Below are positions 63,749 to 64,000 of a stretch of DNA of 64,000 bases, one piece after another (positions within the stretch are counted from its first letter, which is position 1; the number at the start of each line of letters is the position of its first letter). The notes below the pieces were generated by a model. It did not search any database, had not been told where the DNA came from, and worked only from the letters and a program-made list of their open reading frames with translations. A program made the position numbers and the translations under genes. The DNA lies in assembly GCA_021819825.1 (NCBI GenBank), contig JAKAEZ010000005.1:6542-70541 (forward strand). Direction: 5' to 3'. Source of the stretch: Planctomycetota bacterium (GTDB lineage Bacteria; Planctomycetota; Phycisphaerae; WQYP01).

Positions 63749-64000
63749 TCAACGGACATCACCGCCTGGCAGGTCACGAAGAGATACAACATTCTGATGC
63801 ACAAGGCCGCAGCTGGCCCCAAGGTCCGTATTTAATGGGTGGCTGCTCAGAATGCCCCCGGGGCCGAACAAGGTTGCGGAATCAGTGTTAATCAGCAGCT
63901 TCAGTATTGAGCAGTAGACCCAGCCGGAGACGGGGGCATTTGTCGCGCAATGCTGCAGCGGCGGTACTTCTGCGGAATGCCTGGCGCGAGTTTCGAGGCA
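63749..64000 (-). CDS. C-terminal 83 codons of an unidentified protein (5' end beyond window)
   Basis: My reverse-complement translation is open from the window edge to the TGA (complement of 63749-63751): ...LFGPGGILSSHPLNTDLGASCGLVHQNVVSLRDLPGGDVR. It is not in the ORF track because it is truncated. No family recognised. Confidence 0.35.
   Translation of the reverse strand, partial: CLETRARHSAEVPPLQHCATNAPVSGWVYCSILKLLINTDSATLFGPGGILSSHPLNTDLGASCGLVHQNVVSLRDLPGGDVR

Noticed and set aside
1-64000. Search for CRISPR arrays, rRNA, tRNA, transposases and tyrosine or serine integrases
   Set aside because: I found no regularly spaced direct repeats, no rRNA- or tRNA-like sequences, and no recombinase or transposase motifs in any listed ORF. 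The absence of an integrase fits Xer-dependent integration of the prophage.

Overview
This is a 64-kb chromosomal window from a diderm bacterium. It encodes Lol, TolC/RND, TatC and Rex, several c-type cytochromes, GH127, YHYH and HEAT-repeat proteins, and a sulfotransferase. That gene content suggests a PVC-type (Planctomycetota/Verrucomicrobiota-like) facultative or anaerobic organism, but this is inference only. Three things stand out. (1) Positions 948-11393 hold a ~10.4-kb filamentous-phage-like (inovirus-like) prophage with no integrase. It lies between a near-canonical dif site (XerD arm identical to E. coli dif) and a degenerate dif copy, the layout of a Xer-exploiting element (IMEX). 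About 20 genes are all on the + strand: a Rep_trans-like initiator, a Zot/pI NTPase, coat-like proteins, a pIII-like protein, a secretin-like lipoprotein, a TraX-like acyltransferase and three paralogous CxxC/His mini-proteins. The + strand is extremely A+C-rich and T-poor, so all three forward frames stay open and the ORF track is full of spurious overlapping ORFs. (2) Two copies (20455-20717 and 50031-50304) of a ~265-275-nt element that I cannot assign to any RNA class. It has a 34-bp closing helix, about six further helices, and UACG and GGAA tetraloops. Compensatory changes between the copies strongly indicate a structured + strand RNA. (3) A redox/anaerobic neighbourhood (34.4-44 kb) with inverted cytochrome c paralogs, a near-perfect Rex operator, a porin, two NirJ/Ahb-like radical SAM/SPASM enzymes, a nitronate-monooxygenase-like flavoprotein and rex. 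The rest is housekeeping or accessory: asd (partial, missed by the ORF track), lysS, lolCDE-like genes, tatC, rpiB, a Sua5-phosphatase fusion, icd, mutM, tam, a Cus/Czc-type RND operon and an ECF sigma/anti-sigma pair. I saw no rRNA, tRNA or CRISPR array. All functional calls rest on motifs I could read by eye. No database search was possible.
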